A stretch of DNA of 64,000 nucleotides from Actinomycetota bacterium. Lineage in GTDB: Bacteria; Actinomycetota; Actinomycetes; S36-B12; UBA5976. Shown one piece after another: positions 38,190 through 47,899 of this stretch. A program made the translations under genes and the position numbers. The stretch lies in the NCBI GenBank assembly GCA_026392515.1, contig JAPLBY010000022.1, positions 16,869 to 80,868 of the forward strand, read 5' to 3'. Below the pieces are notes generated by a model. The model saw nothing but the letters and a program-made list of their open reading frames with translations. It was not told where the DNA came from and did no database searches. Position 1 is the stretch's first letter. Each line of letters opens with the position of its first letter.

Positions 38190-39373
38190 GGATTGGCATT
38201 GTTTGTCCATACTCATGGGACATTCCGGGCGGCGTAAGTGCACACGTGGCAGATCTAGCTGAGGCGCTGATTCGAATGGGTCATCACGTAAGCGTGCTGG
38301 CACCAGCTGAATTCGATGAACTGTTGCCGAATTACGTAGTTTCAACTGGAAAGCCAAGAGCGGTTAAGTACAACGGTTCGGTAGCGCGATTGAGTTTTGG
38401 TCCGATCGCTGCCCGAAAAGTTTCGAAGTGGATTGAGGAGGGGGAGTTTGATGTCCTGCATGTGCATGAACCACTTGCCCCGAGTCTTTCGGTCTTAGCT
38501 TGTTGGGCTGCAAAAGGTCCGATTGTGGCAACTTGGCACTCCTCGATGGACAAGTCGCGCATGATGCTTACGCTTTCAAAGCTGGCGCAGACCGCAATGG
38601 AGAAAGTGTCAGCTCGAATTGCAGTTAGTGAAGCAGCGCGAACCACATTGATTAAGCATGTTGGTGGCGACGCAGTAGTGATTCCAAACGGCGTTGACGT
38701 TTCAGCGTTCACAAACGCCAAACCAATGTTTGGTTGGCCCGGCGCGAATCAATCCATCGTTTTCTTGGGCAGAGGTGACGAGCCACGTAAAGGTTTGCAG
38801 GTACTCGTAGATGCTTATCCTGAAATTCGACGACAGCATCCAAATGTTCGATTGCTTATCGCCGGTCCAGGCGAGCCAGCCGACACTCTAAAGAATCTCT
38901 CTCGAGAGGATCGAGCAAGTGTGACCGTGCTTGGCATGGTCGCGCCACAAGATAAAGCAAGCGTGCTTGCATCCGGAACTGTGTACGTCGCACCCAATAC
39001 TGGGGGCGAATCCTTTGGCATTGTGTTGTTAGAGGCAATGGCAAGCGGGACACCCGTAATTGCTAGTGACTTAGAAGCTTTTGAACGTGTGTTAGATCAT
39101 GGCAAGGCTGGCATCACTTTCGAAAACGAAAATTCATCCGACTTAGCAAAAGTAGTTTCTGGTTTGCTGTCGGATCCAAACCAATGCGCAGAACTTTCTG
39201 CTCAAGGAAAGTTGCGAGCAGCGGAATTTGATTGGTCTGTAGTTGCCGAACGGATCGTGGATGTCTACGAGTCAATCAGAGTGCCAGGTGTGAAAGTTGA
39301 ACCAGACTTAACTGGCCAAATGATTGGTCGACTCGGTCGTGGCAGAATAACCCCAGAGATGCGGAGTGATTAA
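38186..39373 (+). CDS. pimA: GT4 glycosyltransferase, phosphatidyl-myo-inositol mannosyltransferase PimA-like
   Basis: Contains MRIGIVCPYSWDIPGGV and the EX7E motif GESFGIVLLEAMASGTPVIAS. The ATG overlaps the previous stop (ATGA). Confidence 0.85.
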   Translation: MRIGIVCPYSWDIPGGVSAHVADLAEALIRMGHHVSVLAPAEFDELLPNYVVSTGKPRAVKYNGSVARLSFGPIAARKVSKWIEEGEFDVLHVHEPLAPSLSVLACWAAKGPIVATWHSSMDKSRMMLTLSKLAQTAMEKVSARIAVSEAARTTLIKHVGGDAVVIPNGVDVSAFTNAKPMFGWPGANQSIVFLGRGDEPRKGLQVLVDAYPEIRRQHPNVRLLIAGPGEPADTLKNLSREDRASVTVLGMVAPQDKASVLASGTVYVAPNTGGESFGIVLLEAMASGTPVIASDLEAFERVLDHGKAGITFENENSSDLAKVVSGLLSDPNQCAELSAQGKLRAAEFDWSVVAERIVDVYESIRVPGVKVEPDLTGQMIGRLGRGRITPEMRSD

Positions 39374-39915
39374 TGAATAGTCAATCGATCATCCTTATTG
39401 TGGCCATTGCTTTTGCAGTTTGGTATTTGTCGCATCAAGCCGGCCGACTTGATCGTCTGCATCATCGAATTGAAGTAACTGAACTTGCGCTGCACGGCCA
39501 ACTCGTAAGACGTGGGGGAATTGTTGCTGAGTTAGCAGCCGTGCCTGGAATCGATCCAGCGCTGTCGGTGCTTTGGGGACAGGCTGCGCACGAAGCACTA
39601 ATTCTGCAAGAGGTCTCATCGCCGGAACGAACTCAGGTTGAAGACGAGTTAACGAGTATTTTAGTTATGACTTTGGACGAAGCCGAGGAAGTCAACGAAA
39701 TCCGAAGCAATCAGCATGCCTCAGCTTTGCTCGATGAGTTGGCCCAAGTATGCGACCGTATCCAAATGAGCCAGCAATTCCATACGGATGCAGTACGTGA
39801 TTGCCTTGAGATCCGTGAGCAATTTTTGGTTAGGTTCTTCCGTTTGGCTGGCAGGGCTAAACCGCCTGTCCCAGTCGATCTGGATGTCCAGATTCCGCCG
39901 GCCTTAGTCGACTAG
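39373..39915 (+). CDS. Single-TM hypothetical protein, distantly LemA-like
   Basis: N-terminal TM helix IILIVAIAFAVWYL is followed by GRLDRLHHRIEVTELALHGQLVRRGGIVAELA, reminiscent of LemA YNRLVxLRNxVxxAWAQIDVQLKRRxDLIPNLV. The ATG overlaps the pimA stop (TAATG). Confidence 0.55.
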   Translation: MNSQSIILIVAIAFAVWYLSHQAGRLDRLHHRIEVTELALHGQLVRRGGIVAELAAVPGIDPALSVLWGQAAHEALILQEVSSPERTQVEDELTSILVMTLDEAEEVNEIRSNQHASALLDELAQVCDRIQMSQQFHTDAVRDCLEIREQFLVRFFRLAGRAKPPVPVDLDVQIPPALVD

Positions 39916-39974
39916 CAAAAAAGCCCCGGCTCGCTAGACTTGGGTAAAACCTAAGAAACTTTAAAAGGATCAAC

Positions 39975-40880
39975 ATGGCAACGGATGCAGCAAGCACAGG
40001 CGTAACTGGTACTACCCGCGTTAAGCGTGGAATGGCCGACATGCTTAAAGGTGGCGTCATTATGGACGTCGTTAACGTGGAGCAGGCCAAGATTGCTGAA
40101 GACGCTGGCGCAATTGCAGTAATGGCGCTGGAACGCGTACCTGCAGACATTCGTGCCCAGGGTGGCGTAGCTCGCATGTCTGATCCAACCATGATCGATG
40201 AAATCATTCAGGCAGTCTCCATTCCAGTTATGGCAAAGGCTCGCATCGGACATTTTGTTGAAGCACAAGTTATCCAAAGTCTTGGTGTTGACTACATCGA
40301 CGAATCTGAAGTTCTAACTCCAGCTGATTACATCAATCACATCGACAAGTGGGCGTTCACAGTTCCTTTCGTATGTGGTGCGACAAATCTTGGTGAAGCA
40401 CTTCGTCGTATCAACGAAGGTGCCGCAATGATTCGCTCTAAGGGTGAAGCAGGAACTGGTGACGTATCAAATGCAACTGGTCACATCCGCACAATCAAGG
40501 GCGAGATTCGTCGACTATCTTCGATGAGCAAAGACGAACTTTATGTTGCCGCAAAGGAGCTGCAGGCACCTTACGATTTAGTTTGCGAAGTAGCTGAAAA
40601 GGGTGCGCTTCCAGTTGTACTTTTCACAGCTGGTGGAATTGCAACGCCTGCAGATGCAGCCATGATGATGCAGCTTGGCGCTGACGGCGTATTTGTTGGC
40701 TCTGGAATCTTCAAGTCTGGCGATCCAGTTAAGCGAGCAAATGCAATCGTGCAGGCAACACTTCACTTTGATAACCCAGACGAGATTGCGAAAGCATCAC
40801 GCGGTTTGGGTGAAGCAATGGTTGGAATCAACGTTGCTGACATTCCTGTGCCACATCGTCTGGCTGAGCGCGGCTGGTAG
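39975..40880 (+). CDS. pdxS: Pyridoxal 5'-phosphate synthase lyase subunit
   Basis: Contains [44 protein letters not shown] and [10 protein letters not shown]. Confidence 0.97.
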   Translation: MATDAASTGVTGTTRVKRGMADMLKGGVIMDVVNVEQAKIAEDAGAIAVMALERVPADIRAQGGVARMSDPTMIDEIIQAVSIPVMAKARIGHFVEAQVIQSLGVDYIDESEVLTPADYINHIDKWAFTVPFVCGATNLGEALRRINEGAAMIRSKGEAGTGDVSNATGHIRTIKGEIRRLSSMSKDELYVAAKELQAPYDLVCEVAEKGALPVVLFTAGGIATPADAAMMMQLGADGVFVGSGIFKSGDPVKRANAIVQATLHFDNPDEIAKASRGLGEAMVGINVADIPVPHRLAERGW

Positions 40881-40885
40881 TTGCT

Positions 40886-41491
40886 ATGTCCCCAGTAATT
40901 GGGGTTCTCGCAATCCAAGGTGACGTGCGGGAACACGCACGTTGTCTCGAACAGCTCGATGTTGATGTTCGCCTAGTAAAAACGGCTGAACAACTAAAAG
41001 GTATTGCTGGGTTAGTTATTCCTGGTGGGGAATCTACAACCATGAGCATTTTGGCCGTTAAAAACAACTTGTTTGGCCCATTGCGCGAATTACGAAATCA
41101 GATCCCAATGTATGGATCGTGTGCTGGATTGATCATGCTGGCTGATTCAATCTCTGATGGCCGAGCGGATCAAGAAACCATTGGCGGGTTGAACATCACC
41201 GCCAAGCGCAACGCGTTTGGTCGCCAAGTTGATTCGTTTGAGATTGACTTACATATTCCTGCGATAGGCGAGCCTGATTACCACGCGGTCTTTATTCGCG
41301 CGCCGCTAGTTGAGGCAGCGAGTTCAGCAGTGGAAGTGCTGGCTGCGATTCCGGCAGACAAGTCACTTACTGGCACGGATCAAGTAGTTGCGGTTCGCCA
41401 AGGTAACCTAATGGCAACGTCGTTTCATCCTGAGATAACTTCAGATTTAAGAATTCATAAGTATTTTGTAGACATGGTGAGGTCAGCATGA
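40886..41491 (+). CDS. pdxT: Pyridoxal 5'-phosphate synthase glutaminase subunit
   Basis: Contains [28 protein letters not shown] and SFHPE. Confidence 0.95.
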   Translation: MSPVIGVLAIQGDVREHARCLEQLDVDVRLVKTAEQLKGIAGLVIPGGESTTMSILAVKNNLFGPLRELRNQIPMYGSCAGLIMLADSISDGRADQETIGGLNITAKRNAFGRQVDSFEIDLHIPAIGEPDYHAVFIRAPLVEAASSAVEVLAAIPADKSLTGTDQVVAVRQGNLMATSFHPEITSDLRIHKYFVDMVRSA

Positions 41492-42240
41492 GTGGACATT
41501 CCAAATGGGCAACAACTAAGCACAAGAAAGCTGTCATTGACTCGCGTCGCGGAAAACTGTTTGCGAAATTAATTAAGAACATCGAAGTAGCCGCCAGACT
41601 TGGTGGGGGAGACACTTCTGCCAACCCAACTCTTTACGATGCAATCACCAAGGCTAAGAAGAATTCTGTTCCTAATGACAACATTGATCGCGCAGTAAAG
41701 CGTGGGTCAGGTGCGGAAGCCGGCGGCGCGGATTATCAAACCATCATGTACGAAGGCTATGGACCAAACGGGGTAGCTCTGCTAATCGAATGTTTGTCCG
41801 ATAACCGAAACCGAGCCGCATCTGATACTCGCGTTGCAGTTACTCGCAACGGCGGCAACATGGCTGATCCAGGTTCAGTTTCTTACATGTTCGAACGTAA
41901 AGGCGTTGTGATGGTGCCCGAAGGCGCATCAACTGAAGAAAAGATTATGGATGCAGTCCTTGATGCTGGCGCCGAAGAAGTAAATGATCACGGTGGCAGC
42001 ATAGAAATCATCAGCGATTCCAAAGATGTCGTTGCAGTTCGACAGGCTTTGCAGGCTGCTGGGATTGATTACGAATCAGCAGAATCTACTTTCGTGCCAA
42101 ACATGACGGTTCCAGTTGACGCAGATACCGCTCGCAAGGTTTTTGCCCTAATTGAGGCCTTGGAAGACGTCGACGACGTCCAGAACGTTTTTACGAACAT
42201 AGACATTTCCGATGAAGTCCTAGCCGAGCTTTCGGACTAA
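41488..42240 (+). CDS. yebC: YebC/PmpR-family DNA-binding transcriptional regulator
   Basis: Contains [28 protein letters not shown]..., full length 250 aa. Confidence 0.95.
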   Translation: MSGHSKWATTKHKKAVIDSRRGKLFAKLIKNIEVAARLGGGDTSANPTLYDAITKAKKNSVPNDNIDRAVKRGSGAEAGGADYQTIMYEGYGPNGVALLIECLSDNRNRAASDTRVAVTRNGGNMADPGSVSYMFERKGVVMVPEGASTEEKIMDAVLDAGAEEVNDHGGSIEIISDSKDVVAVRQALQAAGIDYESAESTFVPNMTVPVDADTARKVFALIEALEDVDDVQNVFTNIDISDEVLAELSD

Positions 42241-42348
42241 CTGCCACTGAAATTTCGCCAATTTATCTGGGGATTTTTCGAAAAAGACCCTCATTGACAC
42301 CAATTGAGCCCCAAATCCTGCACTTTTGGTCAGTTATGGCATAGGCTT

Positions 42349-42364
42349 TCGAACAGATGTTCGG
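42349..42364 (+). promoter_or_regulatory. LexA (SOS) box upstream of ruvC
   Basis: TCGAACAGATGTTCGG matches the Gram-positive/actinobacterial consensus (T)CGAAC-N4-GTTCG(A). It directly abuts the GGAGGA RBS (42363-42368) of ruvC. Confidence 0.6.
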
Positions 42365-42371
42365 AGGAAAT

Positions 42372-42899
42372 ATGCGAATTTTGGGGATTGACCCAGGTTT
42401 AACGCGTTGTGGTGTTGGGATTGTCGATCTCAATGCCAATCGTCGGGCATCTTTCGTGGCGGTGCATGTGCTGCGAACTCCAAGCACAAACGAGTTGCCA
42501 GCACGACTTTTCGAGCTTGAATCCGGTCTTTCTGACTTGTTTGCGACATATCAGCCTGATGCCATCGCGATTGAACGAGTTTTTAGTCAGCACAATGTTC
42601 GTACTGCAATGGGCACAGCCCAGGCCAGCGCTGTGGCAATGTTGATTGCAGCGCGAAATCAACTTGATGTTGCGATGTACACACCAACCGAAGTTAAAGC
42701 CGCTGTCACTGGATATGGCCGAGCAGATAAAGCCCAGATCACATCCATGGTTACGAGATTGCTAAATCTTGCCGAGCCACCTAAACCAGCTGACGCTGCA
42801 GATGCTCTCGCATTAGCACTGTGCCACGCCTGGAAAGGTCATGGCAAGAGTCGAATTGCAGAACACTTAGCTAAACAAGCAACGGTAGGTGTCGGATGA
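42372..42899 (+). CDS. ruvC: Crossover junction endodeoxyribonuclease RuvC
   Basis: Contains MRILGIDPGLTRCGVG and the catalytic acidic residues pattern. Start at ATG 42372 behind GGAGGA (ORF track 42357). Confidence 0.92.
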   Translation: MRILGIDPGLTRCGVGIVDLNANRRASFVAVHVLRTPSTNELPARLFELESGLSDLFATYQPDAIAIERVFSQHNVRTAMGTAQASAVAMLIAARNQLDVAMYTPTEVKAAVTGYGRADKAQITSMVTRLLNLAEPPKPADAADALALALCHAWKGHGKSRIAEHLAKQATVGVG

Positions 42900-43492
42900 T
42901 CTCATCGTTACGTGGTCCCGTACTAGAGATCAGATTAGATTCACTTGTTATTGGCGTTGGTGGTGTTGGCATGACAGTTATGTGTTCACCAGACACAATC
43001 TCGCAGGCTCGGACAGATCAAGAGATAACACTTTTCACTTCGCTAATTGTTAGAGAAGATTCGCTAACCCTGTTTGGTTTTGCAAATTCAGAGAATCGCG
43101 AAATGTTTGAAGTAGTGCAAGGCGTATCTGGATTTGGTCCAAAGCTTGCGTTTACAATTCTCGCATCACTACCAGCTGACGAACTTAGAACTGCAATTGG
43201 CAACGAAGACGTGGCCCGCCTAAAACAAACACCAGGTGTTGGCGCAAAAGGTGCACAACGATTGGTTCTGGAACTCAAGGACCGAATTGGTACCCCAAGT
43301 TCTGGAGCTAAGCGCAGCTCAAGCAAGGAAGCGCAATGGCAGATCCAAGTTGAACAAGGATTACTTGGCCTTGGTTGGTCACCGCGAGACGCGCAACGAG
43401 CAATCACCGCGGTAATCGAAGAAGGCGTAACTGATTCGCAAGCAACATCTGAGTTACTTCGCAGGGCATTACAAATTTTGGCCGGCGCATGA
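42896..43492 (+). CDS. ruvA: Holliday junction branch migration complex subunit RuvA
   Basis: Contains [12 protein letters not shown]...E...F and helix-hairpin-helix [16 protein letters not shown]. Start overlaps the ruvC stop. Confidence 0.92.
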   Translation: MISSLRGPVLEIRLDSLVIGVGGVGMTVMCSPDTISQARTDQEITLFTSLIVREDSLTLFGFANSENREMFEVVQGVSGFGPKLAFTILASLPADELRTAIGNEDVARLKQTPGVGAKGAQRLVLELKDRIGTPSSGAKRSSSKEAQWQIQVEQGLLGLGWSPRDAQRAITAVIEEGVTDSQATSELLRRALQILAGA

Positions 43493-44514
43493 GTGATCGA
43501 ATGGTGAACCCAGAACTTTCTACAGAGGAACGTGTTGCTGATGCTGCGTTGCGTCCAACTTCTCTTGCAGATTTCGTTGGTCAAACTCGAGTTAAAGACC
43601 AACTTCAATTAGTTTTGAGTGCGGCTAAACAACGTAATGCCAGCGCAGATCACATTTTGTTATCAGGTCCACCAGGACTGGGTAAAACTACTCTGGCAAT
43701 GATCGTTGCTGCCGAAGTTGGTGCGCCACTTCGAATTACTAGTGGACCAACAATTCAGCATGCGGGTGACCTAGCAAGCATTCTGTCTAGTTTGGTTCCA
43801 GGCGAAGTTCTATTCCTAGACGAGATTCATCGAATGTCGCGAGCTGCCGAAGAAATGATGTATTTGGCGATGGAGGATTTTCGAGTCGACGTAATGGTCG
43901 GTAAAGGTCCGGGCGCGACTTCAATTCCACTTGAGTTACCACCATTTACTTTGGTTGGAGCAACCACGCGTGCAGGTATGTTGCCAGCGCCACTTCGTGA
44001 TCGCTTTGGATTCACCGCACACTTGGATTACTACGAACCAATTGAACTTGAATCAATTGTGATTAGGTCGGCAAGGCAGTTGGGGATTGCTATTGATGCA
44101 GACTCAGCCAGAGAACTCAGTCGCAGATCTCGAGGCACGCCACGAATTGCCAATCGTCTGCTGCGCAGATCTCGTGATTACGCCCAAGTTCATCACGACG
44201 GAGACTTGAACCTGGCGCGAACTCAAGCTGCGCTTGAGCTATATGAAGTCGATGATCTGGGACTTGATCGACTAGACCGCGCAGTGCTTATTGCTTTGAT
44301 AGACAAATTCAATGGTGGTCCAGTTGGACTTTCGACACTGGCACTTGCAGTAGGCGAGGAGCCGGAAACCGTGGACACAGTTTGTGAACCATTCCTAGTT
44401 CGGGAAGGCTTCATAACTCGGACACCTCGCGGACGGGTTGCCACGCCTGCAGCTTGGACAGCTTTAGGTCGAAAACCACCTAAATTGCCCAATCAACTTC
44501 CACTTGAGGACTAA
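43489..44514 (+). CDS. ruvB: Holliday junction branch migration DNA helicase RuvB
   Basis: Contains [12 protein letters not shown], Walker [18 protein letters not shown] and the [13 protein letters not shown] sensor. Confidence 0.97.
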   Translation: MSDRMVNPELSTEERVADAALRPTSLADFVGQTRVKDQLQLVLSAAKQRNASADHILLSGPPGLGKTTLAMIVAAEVGAPLRITSGPTIQHAGDLASILSSLVPGEVLFLDEIHRMSRAAEEMMYLAMEDFRVDVMVGKGPGATSIPLELPPFTLVGATTRAGMLPAPLRDRFGFTAHLDYYEPIELESIVIRSARQLGIAIDADSARELSRRSRGTPRIANRLLRRSRDYAQVHHDGDLNLARTQAALELYEVDDLGLDRLDRAVLIALIDKFNGGPVGLSTLALAVGEEPETVDTVCEPFLVREGFITRTPRGRVATPAAWTALGRKPPKLPNQLPLED

Positions 44515-44617
44515 GCGGGCGGTCGCTGAGCCTGTGGTTTTGCCCACTAAACTTATACAACAGCGCGTTTTAACGTGATTAATTAGTTTTGGCTTCCAAT
44601 CCGAAAAGGCTTAACAA

Positions 44618-46237
44618 GTGGCTCAGCATTACCGTCCAGGTCGGTCGTTACTGATCTTCACCGTTGGCTTAATTGGATTGATGATTTGGACTTTCCTTCC
44701 TGGCGAGCGTCACACCCCAAAACTAGGCCTTGACCTTCGTGGCGGAACTCAAGTCATCTTGTCGCCATCTGTGGCTGCAGGCGAGACTTTAACTCAAGAC
44801 CAGCTAAATCAAACAGTTGCGATTATTCGTCAACGTGTTGATGGTTTCGGTGTTGCAGAATCCGAAGTAACGATTCAAGGCACTGGCAACGGGGCAAAGA
44901 TCATTGTCACCATTCCTGGTGAAACCAGTCGTACCGTGGTTGATCAACTCAAGACAACTGCACAGTTGAATTTTCGTCCGGTCTTAGCGATTGACTTTGG
45001 TTCGCCACAAGCAAGTGCATCGCCAACCCCAAGCGTTAGCGACTCAGCTAGCCCGAGTGCGTCGCCTTCGGGAAGTGCCACACCTGCAACAAGCACTTCT
45101 ACAACACCAAGTCCAACACCGTCCGTATCAGTTGCACCCGAACTCTTAGTGCCACCAATTCAATCTCCAGATGGTGCCGGTGACTTTGCCGATAGATTCG
45201 CTGCTCTGAATTGTGCTGAGTCAGACATTCTTAATGGCTCAACCGATGACCCAGCACAGTATCTGATTAGCTGTGAGAAAGATGGATCAGTTAAGTACGC
45301 ACTAGCTCCAGCTGACTTAGTTGGAACCGACATTGAGAGTGCAACTGCTGGTCTGCCGCAACAAGGCGCTGGTGGTTGGCAAGTAGATCTTCAAATGACT
45401 ACGGATGGCGCAAAGAAGTTTGCTGATTCCACCACAAAGCTTTCGGCCTTGGAATCACCTAATGACCAATTCGCAATTGTGCTCGATGGTGTTGTCATTA
45501 GCGCACCTTCGGTTAACGAACCAATTCTTGGCGGATCAGCAGTTATTTCTGGCTCTTTCACTGCCGATGAAGCACGCGCGTTAGCTCAAGTTTTGAAGTA
45601 CGGCGCTTTGCCAGTAGCTCTTGATGTGGATGAAGTTCAGCAGATTTCGCCGACATTAGGTAACGATCAGCTTCGAGCAGGTTTGATTGCTGGTGGCTTC
45701 GGTCTATTACTAGTGGTGATTTACCTACTTCTTTACTACCGCGCACTTGGCGTGATTGCGGTAATCAGCTTGGTAGCAGCAGCAATCATGACTTACTTGG
45801 TGTTCGTAATCCTGGGACGCGGAATCGGCTTCACGCTTACTTTGTCAGGTGTAGCGGGTGCGATTGTGGCCATCGGTATTACGGCCGACTCCTTCATCAT
45901 TTACTTTGAACGCATCCGAGACGAGATTCGCGAAGGTAAGCGACTTCGCGTTGCGATCGATCAAGGTTGGATCAGAGCACGTCGAACGATTTTGGCCGCA
46001 GACTTTGTTTCGCTACTCAGTGCAGCAATTTTGTATTACTTATCCGTTGGTAGCGTACGAGGTTTCGCCTTCACGCTAGGTCTAATTACATTCGTAGACA
46101 TCGCAGTTGCCTTCTTGTTTACGCGTTCACTGGTAACAAAGCTTGGAAACTCTAAATGGATGAACTCAGGTTCAGCCTGGACTGGAGTATCGCCAACTCG
46201 ACTTGGGGTAACAAGTTCAACATCGGAGGTTAACTAA
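44618..46237 (+). CDS. secD: Protein translocase subunit SecD
   Basis: GTG start. Contains LGLDLRGG and the C-terminal TM bundle LGYGIGFTLTLSGVAGAIVAIGITADS-like. A Ser/Thr/Pro-rich insertion sits in the extracytoplasmic domain. Confidence 0.92.
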   Translation: MAQHYRPGRSLLIFTVGLIGLMIWTFLPGERHTPKLGLDLRGGTQVILSPSVAAGETLTQDQLNQTVAIIRQRVDGFGVAESEVTIQGTGNGAKIIVTIPGETSRTVVDQLKTTAQLNFRPVLAIDFGSPQASASPTPSVSDSASPSASPSGSATPATSTSTTPSPTPSVSVAPELLVPPIQSPDGAGDFADRFAALNCAESDILNGSTDDPAQYLISCEKDGSVKYALAPADLVGTDIESATAGLPQQGAGGWQVDLQMTTDGAKKFADSTTKLSALESPNDQFAIVLDGVVISAPSVNEPILGGSAVISGSFTADEARALAQVLKYGALPVALDVDEVQQISPTLGNDQLRAGLIAGGFGLLLVVIYLLLYYRALGVIAVISLVAAAIMTYLVFVILGRGIGFTLTLSGVAGAIVAIGITADSFIIYFERIRDEIREGKRLRVAIDQGWIRARRTILAADFVSLLSAAILYYLSVGSVRGFAFTLGLITFVDIAVAFLFTRSLVTKLGNSKWMNSGSAWTGVSPTRLGVTSSTSEVN

Positions 46238-47328
46238 TGGCTAGTTTGAGTCAACTAGGTAATAGCCTCTATCGCGGTGATGTCTCTTACAACATAGTTG
46301 GGCGCCGAAAGGCTTGGTATCTAGTTTCCGCAATTTTAATTGTTTTGTCGATTGCAACTCTGGGCGTTCGCGGCTTGAACCTTGGAATCGAATTCAAGGG
46401 TGGCGCGGAATTTTCAGTTCCACTAACCGTTGCTAACGATCAGTCAGTCTCACAGGCACGTGAAACTGTACTTGCTGCTGGCGAAACACCATCTACTGTC
46501 ACCATCATTGGTGGCGACACAATTCGAATTCAAACTCCAGCACTTTCCACGGAAGCATCCAACGCCTTGAGCGCAGCGCTGGCAGAGTCATTTGCAGTAG
46601 AAGAAGCAAACATCAAAGTCCAGCTGGTTGGGCCGAGTTGGGGCGATGAAGTAACCAAGAATGCACTTCGAGCGCTGCTCGTGTTCCTGGTACTTGTCGC
46701 AGTGTTCTTGTCGGTGTATTTCGAATGGCAAATGGCGATCGCTGCACTTGCTGCACTGGCTCACGACGTTTTAATCACTGTTGGTATTTACGCCTTGAGT
46801 GGGTTCGAAGTAACTCCGGCAAGCGTTATCGGCTTCCTGACGATTTTGGGTTATTCGCTCTATGACACTGTTGTGGTTTTCGACAAGGTTAAGGAAAACA
46901 CCAAGGGCATTCATGGCGGGTCACGTACGACCTATAGTGAAGCTGCAAATCTTGCGCTGAATCAAACTCTGGTACGAAGCATTAACACCTCAATTGTTGC
47001 GTTACTTCCAGTCCTTTCAATTCTGGTCGTCGGAGTTTCGCTTCTTGGAGTGGGTACTTTGAATGACTTGGCATTAGCTCTGTTTGTCGGCATGCTCGTG
47101 GGCACTTACTCCTCGTTGTTCGTTGCTACTCCGTTCTTATGCCAGATGAAAGAACGAACTGCCGAGAACATTGCTTTAGCAAAACGCGTACAAGCCCGTC
47201 GCAAGGGCGGAGACACTGCTGGCGATGACTTAAAGCCAGTAGTTTCCATCGGCGCTCCAATAGTTGCTTCAGCAGGACCAAGGCAACAGCGGGTTAAGAA
47301 AACCCGTTCTCGCAGATCAGGAAAGTAA
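46237..47328 (+). CDS. secF: Protein translocase subunit SecF
   Basis: Contains LGIEFKGG and the six-TM C-terminal module. The ATG overlaps the secD stop (TAATG). Confidence 0.92.
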   Translation: MASLSQLGNSLYRGDVSYNIVGRRKAWYLVSAILIVLSIATLGVRGLNLGIEFKGGAEFSVPLTVANDQSVSQARETVLAAGETPSTVTIIGGDTIRIQTPALSTEASNALSAALAESFAVEEANIKVQLVGPSWGDEVTKNALRALLVFLVLVAVFLSVYFEWQMAIAALAALAHDVLITVGIYALSGFEVTPASVIGFLTILGYSLYDTVVVFDKVKENTKGIHGGSRTTYSEAANLALNQTLVRSINTSIVALLPVLSILVVGVSLLGVGTLNDLALALFVGMLVGTYSSLFVATPFLCQMKERTAENIALAKRVQARRKGGDTAGDDLKPVVSIGAPIVASAGPRQQRVKKTRSRRSGK

Positions 47329-47334
47329 ACCGAC

Positions 47335-47862
47335 ATGGATCGCGCCGGAGTCACAGCCTTAATTGCGCAGATTCCTGACTACCCACTGCCTGGCGTAATT
47401 TTCAAAGACGTAACGCCGATATCGGCCAACCCTGATGCCGCGCTCTGGGTTAACGCCGAAATCGCCGCACGATTTGCGAAATCAGGAATCACTCACATTG
47501 TTGGCGTTGAAGCTCGCGGATTTATCCTGGGTGCTTCCTTAGCAGCGCACATGCATTTAGGTTTTGTTCCGATTCGTAAGAGCGGAAAACTGCCACGCGC
47601 AACGTATAGAGCCGAGTATGAACTCGAATATGGCGCAGACTCAATCGAAATCCACCAGGATGCACTGACCAAGAATGACCGAGTGCTAATTGTGGATGAT
47701 GTACTTGCCACAGGTGGCACGGCTTGCGCAGCCGTTGACTTAATTCAAGAATGTGGCGCCGAGGTACTTGGAATCGCAGTCTTGTTAGACCTTGCTTTCC
47801 TTGGTGGTAGCGCAAAGGTCGCTAGCCGTGACTCGAGAATTGACGTCTTCGCAGTCTTATAA
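47335..47862 (+). CDS. apt: Adenine phosphoribosyltransferase
   Basis: Contains FKDVTPI, EARGFILG and the PRPP motif VLIVDDVLATGGT. Confidence 0.93.
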   Translation: MDRAGVTALIAQIPDYPLPGVIFKDVTPISANPDAALWVNAEIAARFAKSGITHIVGVEARGFILGASLAAHMHLGFVPIRKSGKLPRATYRAEYELEYGADSIEIHQDALTKNDRVLIVDDVLATGGTACAAVDLIQECGAEVLGIAVLLDLAFLGGSAKVASRDSRIDVFAVL

Positions 47863-47899
47863 GTTTCCAAATAGAATGTGGGATAACTAGGGAGGCGTT

